63,808 nt of DNA, filler included, from Trichomonas gallinae (GCA_008369845.1; 10 parts of 10 records of this genome joined end to end with filler, not necessarily neighbours in it); one strand, 5' to 3'; shown: positions 11,136 to 23,028, counted from the first letter of the whole stretch. Translations and numbers: made by a program. Notes: generated by a model not told the origin, from the sequence alone.

Positions 11136-12665
11136 ATGGATTCCCCGCTCTCTGGGGGTCTTAGTAGAGTAGACAGGACCCTTACGACGTCTGTTGCAGA
11201 GCTAAATACAATTCTTGCCATCGAAAATTACGAGCAATTCTTTTTAATTGGAATTCCGCCTGATAAGACACCAAATGACCCTCCGCAGGTTTTAATGGCA
11301 TATCCGGCTTATCAAATAGCAGAATTGAACCCGAAGCAGATCATAGAACACGCTCTTCCGTATGGCACAAATAAACGTAAAACTAGGTCTGGCAATTATG
11401 TCATTCAAGAAGAGTTCTCATTCATGCTGCGTTTCGGAGAGAGCGAAGTGTATGGTATAACAGTAACGTTTTACTCAAATTCATCAGATTTGCCATTTTT
11501 TATGAGCAAAAGTACGAAAAATACTTTATTTTCATTCGTTATATTATCGAGAGTACCAACGCTATCTACTCACTTTTCTTTTCTCACTTATCTCGCATTA
11601 GTTGTTACCGGCGGAATTCCTAAATTTAAATTAAGTAACGATTTAACATTTGTACCTAATCTTCCCGGGATACCAATCCCAGACTTAAAAATAACTAAAT
11701 CGATAGCTCATTACGAAACTTTCGAAGTTCCAGAAAATATTGCAAAATTCATCGAAATATATCATAAATGCTCGCCTGGCATGCCATCAATGAATATCAC
11801 AGATAAATTGCAGCTTAACTTTCAGCCGAACGATGGCTCACAGTCGATTTTAAACACGGCATTAGATACCATTTGTTCGATTTTAGATCCATACATGATT
11901 CTTGACGTTATATCTGCTCTTTATCTTGACTACCAGGTCCTAGTCATCGGATCTTGCCTAGAAGAAGTTTCATTATCTGTTTTGGCATTTGTGCACCTTA
12001 TTGATCCAATGAAATACTCTGGTATAGTAATGCCACTTCTACCTCAGAGCGGCGAGTATTTTGATATCTTACAGGCACCAACACCTTACATAATCGGAAC
12101 GATGCCAAATGACAGATTACTGGATGTCGAGTTTATTAATACGACAGTCTTCGTGAATTTGGATACAAAAACGGTTGAAACCGACAACGAGATGCCACAT
12201 TACCCTGATGCTGAAAATATTGTAAAAGAACTCAAAAAAGTTTTTGCGACAAAAGCTAAATCACCTGGCTCATATATATTCCCTACAGAGTATAAATCGC
12301 ATCTTAAACATAAGTATTCGTTCACTCCAGTAATAATCAATCAAACTCTGTCTACAATTCGGAAACCACTAGAAAATATTACAACAGACTTTATTTTCTC
12401 ATTCTTTGTTACCGATACAGACCATGAAGGATCACAACCAGTTTTTAATAGAGAATTATTCTTAATGGTAATGCCACAGGAAGCTTTCTTCAACGATTTA
12501 CTTAACTCTCAGACGTTCGAACAATGGACTTCCCAGAAGCTGGATGAATTCATGATCTATAAGGGAATCGATATCAAAAAGCGCAGGAAGAGTGTCAGGC
12601 GCAGTACGATGGGCGGAAGGATAAGAAAGATTTCCTCAAAGACACTCGGCGTCAGACTCAATTAA
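11136..12665 (+). CDS. DENN-domain protein (putative Rab GEF)
   Basis: YEQFFLIG, FSFMLRFGESEVYG, MPLLP, ILQAPTPYIIG, SQTFEQW match uDENN/DENN/dDENN; first ATG at 11136. Confidence 0.85.
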   Translation: MDSPLSGGLSRVDRTLTTSVAELNTILAIENYEQFFLIGIPPDKTPNDPPQVLMAYPAYQIAELNPKQIIEHALPYGTNKRKTRSGNYVIQEEFSFMLRFGESEVYGITVTFYSNSSDLPFFMSKSTKNTLFSFVILSRVPTLSTHFSFLTYLALVVTGGIPKFKLSNDLTFVPNLPGIPIPDLKITKSIAHYETFEVPENIAKFIEIYHKCSPGMPSMNITDKLQLNFQPNDGSQSILNTALDTICSILDPYMILDVISALYLDYQVLVIGSCLEEVSLSVLAFVHLIDPMKYSGIVMPLLPQSGEYFDILQAPTPYIIGTMPNDRLLDVEFINTTVFVNLDTKTVETDNEMPHYPDAENIVKELKKVFATKAKSPGSYIFPTEYKSHLKHKYSFTPVIINQTLSTIRKPLENITTDFIFSFFVTDTDHEGSQPVFNRELFLMVMPQEAFFNDLLNSQTFEQWTSQKLDEFMIYKGIDIKKRRKSVRRSTMGGRIRKISSKTLGVRLN

Positions 12666-13353
12666 TTGTTTGTTGTTATATTTTTCGCATTATTTGTAAT
12701 AAAATTTATGTTTTGTTTGTTATAATTCGACTAAGCCTTGTATATGTTTTAAATATTTCGTTAAATAAGTAAAATAGTCAAAATTGAAAATACCAACATT
12801 AATTTTTGTGTTTGTACTATAGCCTATATTAGTAACAACCTTGAAAATAAGCACGTTTTTGGTTTCAATGTCCCATAATTAGATACGTGTGGTTTTCCCT
12901 CAAAAGTCAGTTCAGAACTCTCTCAAAAGTCAAGCACGTTACGACACTAATTTTGGTTCCACTATATAAATTCGATTTCTAATGGAGAATTTATGCGGAA
13001 CTTCTCCAACTAAAAGATTGATTGTAGAATAATGTCTGAAATTCAAAAATATCAAAATCAAAATTCGATATAAAACAAATTTTGATTTAAATATGATCTA
13101 TATAATGAATAGTAATTATATATGAGTTTTTATTATTTGGTTATGATTAATATTATTTGTTTAATGGGAAAATAATTTTTTTATGATAAGTGTTATAAAA
13201 AATAAAATTTTCTATTATTTTAATGTTTATCTTAAGCGTTGAATATTCGATTTTAAAAAACTATAGCCCATTGTAATGATAATTTTTAATTAATTTGAAT
13301 CAAAAAATTAAAATTTAGAATAAAATACAGTGTCACCTTTTTTATATCATCAA

Positions 13354-16300
13354 ATGCTTTTTCATCGTTCAAGTGCTTCTGGCGAAACTTTCACATTTGA
13401 CAATGAAAAGTATATGAAACTACAGAACATTGATGATAAAATCGCCATGTTATCTCAAACAATTTCCAATTTTGTGTCGATTTACAAGAAAAATCCGCCG
13501 AACCCGAAGGTAAAAGACAAACATAACGACACAGGAATGTTTTATAACGCATTAGTCAATGATTATTCCCTCGTTTTACATAATAACTTGAGCAATTTAA
13601 TTATCGCGATTCCAATTTTTCGACAAATTTTAAATGGATTACCAAATTGCGAAAAGATTACAGAACTAACTCAGATAATAATCAATGATCTCAAAACAAA
13701 AGGCCACAATTACGAAAATTCATTTAAAGCTTTTCAATCTCTTTGCACTGTGGAATCATTTTGCATTGATTTTCTCTCCTCAGGAAGATTTACAGAAATA
13801 TTTGTCGGTTTTATAAAAGAATCACACTTTGATGAATTATGCGGAATATTGATTGCATTTCAAACAGATCAGTACATAAATACTATGAAAACAATGAATG
13901 CAATTACCACTCTTTACCCGATATTGAATTATGTTGTAGGAATTCAAGAAACGCAAAAAATTATTCCTGAAGGAAATTTTATTCAAATAATTACTTTCGT
14001 TTTTGATATGTTTCAACTTTGCTATACAGTCAACGACTTGGCCATAATTGATGTTGATAATTATTTAATAAGACAAATCAAATTATTATTACGCTATCCA
14101 TTTTTCAAAATTACAAGAATATACGAATCATTAAGCAAACAGGATCCAACTTATGTTATTCATCCTAATATTTTACGATTATATAAAGAATTATATTCAA
14201 ACTACGGAACAGACTACGAAAAGAAATCAGATTTAATAAATTACATAGCAGGACTGTCAACGGAATATTCTCTCGAGTACGTAAATGAATTTAAGCTCAT
14301 AAATTGGTTTGAACCAGAAATATGTCGAAGATCAGCCTTATTGAGCGGATTCACCCAAATAATACGATCAATAGCACACGTTAAGCCAGATGAAATTACA
14401 GAAACATTAAAATTAATATTCAATGAAATTAAATTACCATTAAAACCAAATGTTTTATTCAGTGATATACTCAGACTATTCCATAGATTGATTACAGAAG
14501 ATAATATTACTCCAAAACAGTTTGGTGATGAAGATTTCATCAATTTAATTGTTTTGAGGTCAGAATCAAAAGATCTCGCCGCTGCTCTTCTTCAAGTACA
14601 AGAATTACAAGTAGTTTTTAAGTTAGTTTTCGATTATAAAAGAATTGAAAGTTATTCTTACGAATTACTTGATAAATTAGTTCGAACAGCAGAAATCAAC
14701 AACAAATACTCATACACAGACTACATAATCCAACTATTACACGAAAACTACAATGAATCGATTTTAACTTATTTTATCAAAAATTTAGACATTCCTTGCG
14801 TCCCAGACATATTCTATCAACTGCTATCGTTTGATCATATATTGGACACAATAAGAATGTTCCATGCAGCAGACTGTTTCTCCATAGTCACACAAAAATT
14901 AAATCTCGGAAATAAGTGGGTTATTCCGTTTCTCACATTCATAAACACAATTGTTATGCACGAAAATGACCATTTCTTCGATGAATGGGTTATTATTCAA
15001 CCAATTTCTTCACCAATTTTCAAATTACAAAAAGAATCAATACAAGAGCTCGTTTTACCACTAATTCCTAACGATCCAATACCTATTCCAAGTTTAGCAC
15101 CACTTTGTGATGAGTTTCTAACAACATCAAATTATAATTTATATCTTCTAGGCGCTTATGCACTTCCTATATATACTAAACTTGGTTTTCAGATAGATAA
15201 GATACCAAATATCAAACTTATAACCAACAGATTCGTAAGATTAACAGACTTTGAAACAATTCTCGAGAAAAACGTACGATGTGTTAGTGAATGCTTGATG
15301 CAGCCGGTCGATAATTTCCCTATATTCGAGTTTTTCCCTGGTCATGGAGCTGGTTGGCTTGAAAATCAAGATTCGATATTATATACTATGGTTACATTCA
15401 ATATTAGATTCGACCAACCTTCTCAAGAAGCTTACGTATTTGTAAATTTCAACTCTTTTAGCGTGGCAATTCAAGGGAATCGCCTTGTAGCGCCAGATTT
15501 TAGAATTGTAGGCGAAATTGAGCTCGAAAAATGGCACAATGTCATGCTATTGTTCACAAAATCGCCAAATACCATCTCATTTTACTTCAATCAGCAGCAA
15601 ATCTTTTCCATTCCAGTAAATGCAAAAGGAATTATGCTCCAAACTATCGGAAACCCAGATTATCCAACAATAGCGATGTCTGTCGTCAACAATGTCAACG
15701 GATTAACGAAGCCAATGACAGAAAATGAAGCTTTGCAATACAAGATGCTGGAAACCTCAAATATCAAACTGAAACCGATGAAATCTGTAGGTTTGGCACT
15801 ATACAATGCAGTTTCAACGCTTTATTCCTCAGATCAAAATATAATGAGATTATTCGAGAAACTCGGAAACTTCAATGAAGAAATGAAAGATGACTACATA
15901 AGAGTTATCGCTATGATCCCGGATATCTGCACAATTGACTATGCTTTGTTCTTCAAACATTTTATCACTGTTCTAAAAGAAATGTCATTGTATTGCACAT
16001 CAGGATGGACAAGAGAATTCGCTTTGTCAATATTCTGGGTGAAAGACATCAACTTACGTAGCGAAATCTTTATGTCAGTATTTAATGATTTTGAATTTTG
16101 GTCATCAATGCCTTCTATTGCCTTAATAGAGTTCATTGACACTGTGCAAACTTTCATAGCTCAGCACAAAGACATTTTGAACTTCGAAAAATTAATTTGC
16201 GCGAATATCTTCAGACAACTGATTTATTTGATATATGCAGTTCAAACAGAGCAGTTATGGAAGACAATGATCGGCTTTTACGTCTTTTTGCTCCAGTTTA

Positions 16301-19300
16301 GTAATAATTCAGCAAATAAACAGACAGCACAAATAGTAAGGTCATCAAATGTTTGGTCATTCAGCAACTCCATGGACTTGGAAGATAATCCATTGGAGCC
16401 ATTTGTCCTCAATTTCAGTCATACTTCAGAAAGACAAAGTTATTTCATTTCCTGTTTATTAGATTACGAGGAGAAAACGAAAATCCGCATTTTCTCATCC
16501 AGAGATTTATTCTCGTGCGCGTTTATTGCTACTCCTGAGTGCACAATGAAAATTATATCAAATGCTTTGTCAAGGAACCTAGATAACATGTTTATGGAGC
16601 AGAATTTGGTATTGTTAAACTGTGCAGTACAAAGATTCCCATTCGAAATTAGTCTTTGGAACTTTTTGTTCTCGAAGATGTGCGATACAGAAGTAAACAT
16701 CAACGAAATCAGCGGAAAACTATCAATCAAGAAGCCATTCTATATATCATCGATAATAGCAATGATAATTTCACTGTTTAAGTACGAAATCACAGACGAA
16801 AACAAAGATTTCTTCGATAAAGCAACAAATGCATTTAAATCTGTTTTCACTTGTGCCTTAAATTACTTCACATCCAACTTTATACATTGCTTTATCGATT
16901 TTATTGCAGGTGGCAGCACGAATATACCTGAATGTCCAGTAGAAGAGGTTAAAATTCCAAAATCGATTAAATTAAATAAAAGTGAAGTAATTTTAGTCAA
17001 ATCGCACATAAACGACGTCTATAAGCGATGGATATTGAATGTCAACAGGATTTTAGAGGAAAGAAGCTTGTCAATTTCAATTCCACAAAAATTTGTCGAA
17101 TTTGTTTCATCTTTCCTTGTAGATCTGATCAAAGAACAATGCGGAGACTGGGCAACGAAGAGTCCAAGAGGTATTGCTATAATAACTGTTTACGCACACA
17201 AATCAATCAAAAAGTCATTCTTCATTAATTATTTAATCGACATCGGTAAATCATCAAAGAAGACAGTAGCAGCAATAGCTGATTCCCTTTATTATCTCGC
17301 CAACCACGAAAATTCTTTATTCGAAGATAAAGAAATTGTCTCGAAAGTCATAGAATTCTGCAAATCGAATGAAAAACTGTCAAATCTATTTGTCAAGTTT
17401 TTAGTAGCAATTTTCCCTTACATAGAAAACAGTCTTTTGGACACCGCAATCGATTTAATTACTCCAACAGTTTCTTCTCTTTCTATGTCAAACGCTATTC
17501 TAATTCTAAGCGATATATTTAGAAGAGAACAAAATGAAAAAGTTGCACAATTCATTAAAGTTGTTGTTAGAAGAGCGAAAAAGGTTGTTAATTTCGGTGG
17601 AAATGCTAGCGAAGAGCAGTCACAAATAGAAAACGCAATAAAGACATCAGAAAACTTCGAAAACATTTCCGATTTGCTCAAGAAGCAAATATCATATGAA
17701 AATGTTGAAATTTACGAAAAAATCGACAGCGATTCACCTGATATTAAGAAATTGATCGCAAACATGTTCAGAATTGCTTCGAGAAATTCTATTATTGTCT
17801 GGTGGAACTTGAGAACTTTTTACATGAACTTGAATTTCTTCCTGAAAGACCAAGAAAAGTTCATCTGTCTAAAAAGAATGAATTCTTGGCCATCAATTTC
17901 ACAGTCAATCAAAATCGAATCATACAGGATGAGTCCATTCATTACGCCAATGCATATACCGACATCAGTCTTCCCATCGCCTTTCCCTATCTATACTCCA
18001 AGCGATGATCCACCAAAAGTCGTTGTTCCTAAGACTACAATGTTTGGCAATTTGGCAGATTATGACGTCAACATTGAATTACTAGAGTATCTGCCACAGA
18101 AATTATTTAGATGCTCTGGCCTGTTTTATACAAGAGAAAGCGACTTATTAGACTTGTTCATGAGTGTTTACGGTGAATATTCAAGCATGACGAATTCCAG
18201 ATTGATAAGATTGGACACAAAAGTACCATGCGTGTTTTTCACTTCATCTAAATCAATCACAATATTAACCGGCGCGCAAATTGTCAATGAAAGCATCCTT
18301 AGACTAGTACAAGTAACTCCGCAAGCTTATACAACATTGCTAGAATCAGCATTTTTGAATGAATACGGAGAATACGGAATGTTTTGCGGTAGGATAGTTT
18401 TGACGATAAATCTTTCGACAGTTTTATACATCAGACCGACAATTTACTGCTGCCATCAGTTCTGCCTTGAGTTCTTCTCAGCATCAGCAGGAAACTTCAT
18501 TATTGAACTTAATTCGAATCAGCTACCAGTTCTTCCTAAACTCAACAACATTGATTTGCCTCCATTAGATGTGTTAATGAATAAGTGGATAGAAGGCTCG
18601 CTTTCCACTTTCGATTATTTGCTCGGCGTGAATTACTACGCTGGAAGAAGTATAGTTGATTTGGCCGCTTATCCTGTTTTCCCGAGAATTGTTCAATCAT
18701 TCAAAGGCTCTAAAACAGAGCCAATTGCCATGAGAGACTTGTCATTGCCTGTACAAATAACAGCAGACAGAGAGAACAGCGAGAACAAGCTAAAGAGCAA
18801 ATACGCGATGCAGAAATTCTACCATGCAGAAAATGTATCAAATCCAATGATCGTTTCTTCACTTTTAGTCAGAATTATTCCATTCTGCAGATATCAATGG
18901 TTCATCAATGACGGATGGGATGCTGGTGATAGAAACTTCTTGTCAATTCCTTTCCATTTGACAATCACTGCAAAAACTATGTACGAATTAATCCCAGATC
19001 ATTTTGTTACACCGGAAGTTTTCATCAATGTCAACAAATTCGAGCTGAAAAACGGAATTAAATTCGACACGCTTTTGCCAGCATGGTGCAACTCCACGAC
19101 AGAATTCGTTGAAAAGCACAGATCACTTTTAGAATCAGCAAGAACAAGATTGGAACTCAATAAATGGCTTGATTTGATTTTCGGAGTCAAGCAGACATCG
19201 AAAGATGACTACAATGTTTTCAATCCACTCTCTTATTCAGAAAACGCACAGACACTTGCTGATCAAAGAGCTCTTGCACAACAGCAGAATTGGACCGAGT

Positions 19301-20091
19301 TATGCGGTCAAGTTCCTAAGCAAGTTTTCTCTGCACTTCACGAAGAATCAAAATTCTTGGCGAAGCAAGATTTTGTTAGTTTGATATTTAACTTGAATCC
19401 AAATCTTGATGTTTTGTTCTCTATAAATACACAAATGTGCAGATTACTTGTTAACGACCAAGTTCTCCTGACATCGCTAGAACTTGCAAATGCAACATCT
19501 GTAAATATGTCCAAGCCAAACGGTTATATTGTTGTCATCACATATTCGATTTCACTTGTAAGATCATATCTTTACGTGAACAACACAATTTATCCTTTAT
19601 CATGCTTAAGGATTTCTTCTCCTCTCAAGACAGTAGTACACGAATCAACAATGGTTTGCATCACTTCATGTGACGATAAAATTGTTTTCTGGTCGGCATC
19701 ATCTGGCTCGATAATCAAGATGATTGAGATGAGCGATATATCTGCCATGTATGTTGATAACTCCGTTGACGCTGTTTTCGTTGCTAGCTCCACAAATATT
19801 TCGCAGTTCACTTTGAGTGGAACATTAATTAGGAAATTCAGCAATCCAAGCCCTGTTTCCTGCATCACTGTGTTCGGATGCGGCTATGGAATTTCAGATA
19901 GAAACATAGCCGTTGGCAGCACTGATGGAATTGTGCGTTTATTTTATATTGATGATTCTACTAACGAAATCGTTGATGCCCGCGAAACAAAGATTTCCAG
20001 ATCACCAATTATGCATATAGTCCCTGATGCAAGCGGATCACAGCTGAATGTTTATGATATAACATCTGATTATACATCACTATCATGTTGA
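13354..20091 (+). CDS. Beige/BEACH domain protein with C-terminal WD40 repeats, ~2245 aa
   Basis: KWIEGSLSTFDYLLGVNYYAGRSIVDLAAYPVFP, YELIPDHF, LPAWC, LNKWLDLIFG, GQVPKQVF; first ATG at 13354. Confidence 0.92.
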   Translation: MLFHRSSASGETFTFDNEKYMKLQNIDDKIAMLSQTISNFVSIYKKNPPNPKVKDKHNDTGMFYNALVNDYSLVLHNNLSNLIIAIPIFRQILNGLPNCEKITELTQIIINDLKTKGHNYENSFKAFQSLCTVESFCIDFLSSGRFTEIFVGFIKESHFDELCGILIAFQTDQYINTMKTMNAITTLYPILNYVVGIQETQKIIPEGNFIQIITFVFDMFQLCYTVNDLAIIDVDNYLIRQIKLLLRYPFFKITRIYESLSKQDPTYVIHPNILRLYKELYSNYGTDYEKKSDLINYIAGLSTEYSLEYVNEFKLINWFEPEICRRSALLSGFTQIIRSIAHVKPDEITETLKLIFNEIKLPLKPNVLFSDILRLFHRLITEDNITPKQFGDEDFINLIVLRSESKDLAAALLQVQELQVVFKLVFDYKRIESYSYELLDKLVRTAEINNKYSYTDYIIQLLHENYNESILTYFIKNLDIPCVPDIFYQLLSFDHILDTIRMFHAADCFSIVTQKLNLGNKWVIPFLTFINTIVMHENDHFFDEWVIIQPISSPIFKLQKESIQELVLPLIPNDPIPIPSLAPLCDEFLTTSNYNLYLLGAYALPIYTKLGFQIDKIPNIKLITNRFVRLTDFETILEKNVRCVSECLMQPVDNFPIFEFFPGHGAGWLENQDSILYTMVTFNIRFDQPSQEAYVFVNFNSFSVAIQGNRLVAPDFRIVGEIELEKWHNVMLLFTKSPNTISFYFNQQQIFSIPVNAKGIMLQTIGNPDYPTIAMSVVNNVNGLTKPMTENEALQYKMLETSNIKLKPMKSVGLALYNAVSTLYSSDQNIMRLFEKLGNFNEEMKDDYIRVIAMIPDICTIDYALFFKHFITVLKEMSLYCTSGWTREFALSIFWVKDINLRSEIFMSVFNDFEFWSSMPSIALIEFIDTVQTFIAQHKDILNFEKLICANIFRQLIYLIYAVQTEQLWKTMIGFYVFLLQFSNNSANKQTAQIVRSSNVWSFSNSMDLEDNPLEPFVLNFSHTSERQSYFISCLLDYEEKTKIRIFSSRDLFSCAFIATPECTMKIISNALSRNLDNMFMEQNLVLLNCAVQRFPFEISLWNFLFSKMCDTEVNINEISGKLSIKKPFYISSIIAMIISLFKYEITDENKDFFDKATNAFKSVFTCALNYFTSNFIHCFIDFIAGGSTNIPECPVEEVKIPKSIKLNKSEVILVKSHINDVYKRWILNVNRILEERSLSISIPQKFVEFVSSFLVDLIKEQCGDWATKSPRGIAIITVYAHKSIKKSFFINYLIDIGKSSKKTVAAIADSLYYLANHENSLFEDKEIVSKVIEFCKSNEKLSNLFVKFLVAIFPYIENSLLDTAIDLITPTVSSLSMSNAILILSDIFRREQNEKVAQFIKVVVRRAKKVVNFGGNASEEQSQIENAIKTSENFENISDLLKKQISYENVEIYEKIDSDSPDIKKLIANMFRIASRNSIIVWWNLRTFYMNLNFFLKDQEKFICLKRMNSWPSISQSIKIESYRMSPFITPMHIPTSVFPSPFPIYTPSDDPPKVVVPKTTMFGNLADYDVNIELLEYLPQKLFRCSGLFYTRESDLLDLFMSVYGEYSSMTNSRLIRLDTKVPCVFFTSSKSITILTGAQIVNESILRLVQVTPQAYTTLLESAFLNEYGEYGMFCGRIVLTINLSTVLYIRPTIYCCHQFCLEFFSASAGNFIIELNSNQLPVLPKLNNIDLPPLDVLMNKWIEGSLSTFDYLLGVNYYAGRSIVDLAAYPVFPRIVQSFKGSKTEPIAMRDLSLPVQITADRENSENKLKSKYAMQKFYHAENVSNPMIVSSLLVRIIPFCRYQWFINDGWDAGDRNFLSIPFHLTITAKTMYELIPDHFVTPEVFINVNKFELKNGIKFDTLLPAWCNSTTEFVEKHRSLLESARTRLELNKWLDLIFGVKQTSKDDYNVFNPLSYSENAQTLADQRALAQQQNWTELCGQVPKQVFSALHEESKFLAKQDFVSLIFNLNPNLDVLFSINTQMCRLLVNDQVLLTSLELANATSVNMSKPNGYIVVITYSISLVRSYLYVNNTIYPLSCLRISSPLKTVVHESTMVCITSCDDKIVFWSASSGSIIKMIEMSDISAMYVDNSVDAVFVASSTNISQFTLSGTLIRKFSNPSPVSCITVFGCGYGISDRNIAVGSTDGIVRLFYIDDSTNEIVDARETKISRSPIMHIVPDASGSQLNVYDITSDYTSLSC

Positions 20092-20288
20092 TTTTGATAT
20101 ATTTTTTGTTTTTTTATGTTTTAAATTTTTGTTTTATTTTATTCATTTTCCAAAACTATCAATTGATAATGATCTTCAGTTGAAAACTAAACATATTTGC
20201 ATATTATAAGCCATTCAACTTTGACAAAAAGAATATTAAATTAAAAATGATGTGATGTCAATTGACACTTTTCGTCACGTTAATAAAG

Positions 20289-20297
20289 AAAAGTGAC
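20289..20297 (+). promoter_or_regulatory. AAAAGTGAC motif (T. vaginalis M2-like element), repeated upstream of each F5/8-like copy
   Basis: AAAAGTG(A/T)C at 20289, 21305, 22188, 22975 and 23792, i.e. 50-67 nt upstream of each conserved ORF start. Confidence 0.6.
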
Positions 20298-20345
20298 GGA
20301 TGTAAAAAAGTGATGTTGAACTAACATATTCAAAATCAATTCTCT

Positions 20346-20933
20346 TTGGAATATAAGCTTCTCAGGTTCGCACCTAATAAAGAGAAAATCCCTCCTGGAA
20401 TTATTAAATATATATATTCCAAAAACCAATCAGCTGTTAACGTTTCAGCAAGTTCAACAGGAAGAGGCAACGTCGCAAATATATTTAATGGACTTACTTC
20501 TTATTGGGAATCAGCAAACATTTCAAACTCTTGGTATTCTATAAATTTTCCAGATTATCTTCTGAAAATAGATTCTTTATCAATGTTTTCATGCTATTCT
20601 TACTCATGTCCAACTGGATTTAATGTTTATGCTATTTCTGCAGCAGGACAAAAAGAATTAATTTGCGAATTTAATGAAACGACAGATGCGCGATTCAGAG
20701 CACAAACTGGTAACATATCATGTTCTTCTTCAACATTTTATTCAAGTTTTTTATTAGAACAAACAAAAATGTCAGGATCGGAAAATCATATTTTCAGCTT
20801 TTATTTTTTTGAATTTTTTGGAGACCTTTACATTCCGAACCTGCCAAAATATTATCCAAAATCATGTGAAATTAACTATTTTAGAAATTTCAATTTTTTG
20901 ATACATGTTTTTATTTTTTTGTCAGATTCATGA
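20346..20933 (+). CDS. F5/8 type C / galactose-binding-like domain protein, array copy A1 (no in-frame ATG at N-terminus; begins at TTG)
   Basis: GII.YI, SASS, F.G..SYWES...NSWYSI.F, FEFFGDL motifs; paralogous to A2-A5; in-frame TAA at 20322. Confidence 0.75.
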   Translation: MEYKLLRFAPNKEKIPPGIIKYIYSKNQSAVNVSASSTGRGNVANIFNGLTSYWESANISNSWYSINFPDYLLKIDSLSMFSCYSYSCPTGFNVYAISAAGQKELICEFNETTDARFRAQTGNISCSSSTFYSSFLLEQTKMSGSENHIFSFYFFEFFGDLYIPNLPKYYPKSCEINYFRNFNFLIHVFIFLSDS

Positions 20934-21354
20934 ATAAAACAAACTTTATACAGCTTTATTTACCATAAAATTCAATATATCATAAATGAAATATATAAGA
21001 GAAAAATTGGATAAAGATTATCCTTATAAACTGGTTTCCCTAAGGTGACCCCATTATCAGACAAAAAGTGAGAAAAATGGGATTGTTCTAGAGATGTATC
21101 AACGAGGATAGATAAGAGAAAATTATTATCGATGGCAGAAAAATCCAGTGACCCGGGAAAATCGCTAATATGGTCAAAAATTAGTTGGCACCATGGTATC
21201 ATGAGAAGGTAGCATTAAAATTGTATCCGAGTCAATACTTTCAATAGTTTACATTCTGAAACGGTTTCCATTCAAAATTTTTTATATAAAATAACCTGAT
21301 CTTGAAAAGTGACAAAAATGTAGGACTGTTTTTCATTAAAATAGATCTGATTCA

Positions 21355-21942
21355 TTGTCATACAGGTTTTACAAATTTGCTCCATATGAATCAAAAACTC
21401 CTAATGGTATAATCAATTATATCCATACCAAAGAGAATTCTGCAGTAAAATTATCAGCGAGTTCAACAAGAGCAGGAAATATAAACACAATATATGATGG
21501 TCTCAACTCATTTTGGGAATCTCAAAATTCCCCAAATTCTTGGTATGCAATAAATTTTTCGAATAATTATCTTGCAAAAATTAATTCGCTTTCCATGTTT
21601 TCTTGTTATTATAATGAATGTCCAACTGGCTTCAAAGTTTACGCGCTTTCGTCTAATGGAAAAAAAGAAATAATTTGTAATTTCGATGAAGAGCGAGTCA
21701 GTCGACGATTTATGTATCAAACGGGAAATTTAGAATGCTCTTCATCTTCATATTACTCAAACTTCCTTTTAATGCAAACGAAATTAACAAATAATTATAC
21801 AAATGTTTTTAGTATTTATTATCTAGAGTTATTTGGTGAACTTTATAATACAAATGAGATATATGAAACATCAAGATTTATCTATTTTGGCTTTGTATCT
21901 ATTGTTTATTTACCTTTATCTGTTTTCATTGAAATTTCTTAA
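21355..21942 (+). CDS. F5/8 type C-like protein, copy A2 (begins at TTG)
   Basis: Same motifs as A1 (SFWESQNSPNSWYAINF, LELFGEL). Confidence 0.75.
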   Translation: MSYRFYKFAPYESKTPNGIINYIHTKENSAVKLSASSTRAGNINTIYDGLNSFWESQNSPNSWYAINFSNNYLAKINSLSMFSCYYNECPTGFKVYALSSNGKKEIICNFDEERVSRRFMYQTGNLECSSSSYYSNFLLMQTKLTNNYTNVFSIYYLELFGELYNTNEIYETSRFIYFGFVSIVYLPLSVFIEIS

Positions 21943-22240
21943 ACTTTTTATAGTAATGTTGATGAATTTATTGGAAAAGAGGAAATAAAAATATCTTATA
22001 TTCTTATTGTAATTTACAATAACCGTATATTCCAGACTATCTTCCAGAAACTAATTTTCGATCTTCCAGAGTCCAAATTATCTTCCAAAGTTGCATCCCT
22101 AACTATACTAAATGCATTTCCTTGATTTGCTTTCATATTATATGTTAGCCTGCAAAATTTTGATTTTTTTTTTGAAAAAGTGGTTATAAAAGTGACATTT
22201 ATGATGTTATATTGCATTTCTTTAGTGAAAAAGATTTTAA

Positions 22241-22837
22241 CTGGAATATAAGATCCATAGATTCAAATTTGATAACACAAATCCTATACAAGGTATTTTT
22301 AACTATATTACTAGAAAAAACGTTTCTGAGATTAATGCTTCTGTTAGCTCAGCCCGTGCAGGAAACGCATATTCTGCTTTTGATGGATTCAAATCTGCAT
22401 GGGAATCTCGACCAATTGAGAATTCATGGTATGCTTTTAATTTCAATAATTATTTAGTTAAAATTGATTTTTTAACGATGTATTCATGCGGGAAAAATGC
22501 ATGCACAATGGGATTTGATTTGTATGCATTTACATCAAATAACAGGACAGAATTAATTTGTAGATTTAATGAATCCGATAGGGCAAAAGCCGTCGGTGTA
22601 ACATTGAAAGTAAAATGTTCATCTACTACATTTTATTCTAGTTTTGTTCTGCAGCAAACAAAATTAAATACAGATTCAAATTACGTTTTTGGATTTTGGT
22701 ATTATGAGATATTTGGTGATTTGTATAATATTAACACGCCTAAAATTCAAGAATGTACTTGCCGCGTCATAGGTTATGGTAGTAATTTGTTTTTATATTT
22801 ATATGTTTTCATCACGATGATTAATGAAACTTCATGA
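22241..22837 (+). CDS. F5/8 type C-like protein, copy A3 (begins at CTG directly after TAA; the ORF track shows only the 3' part)
   Basis: Manual translation LEYKIHRFKFDNTNPIQGIFNYI...SAWESRPIENSWYAFNF runs in frame into track ORF 22478..22837. Confidence 0.75.
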   Translation: MEYKIHRFKFDNTNPIQGIFNYITRKNVSEINASVSSARAGNAYSAFDGFKSAWESRPIENSWYAFNFNNYLVKIDFLTMYSCGKNACTMGFDLYAFTSNNRTELICRFNESDRAKAVGVTLKVKCSSTTFYSSFVLQQTKLNTDSNYVFGFWYYEIFGDLYNINTPKIQECTCRVIGYGSNLFLYLYVFITMINETS

Positions 22838-23028
22838 ATAATGAATGAAATTAAAATTGATATTTTAACTATATAGATTATATTATTTTAAGCAATAATA
22901 TATGAAGATTAATAAATTTTGGGATAATCATTTGACAAAAAATAAAAAAATGTCAAATATATTTTTGACAATTAAAAAGTGTCATTTTTATTTTGACATC
23001 TCAATGATGTTGAAAAAGGCAATTTTCC

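Noticed and set aside
20320..20345. ACTAAC branch-point-like word upstream of A1, suggesting a spliced 5' exon
   Set aside because: Not followed by the trichomonad ACTAACACACAG-type acceptor and absent from the other copies
20972..21230. GC-richer insert and 76-aa minus-strand ORF between A1 and A2
   Set aside because: No motif or repeat boundary found; treated as spurious
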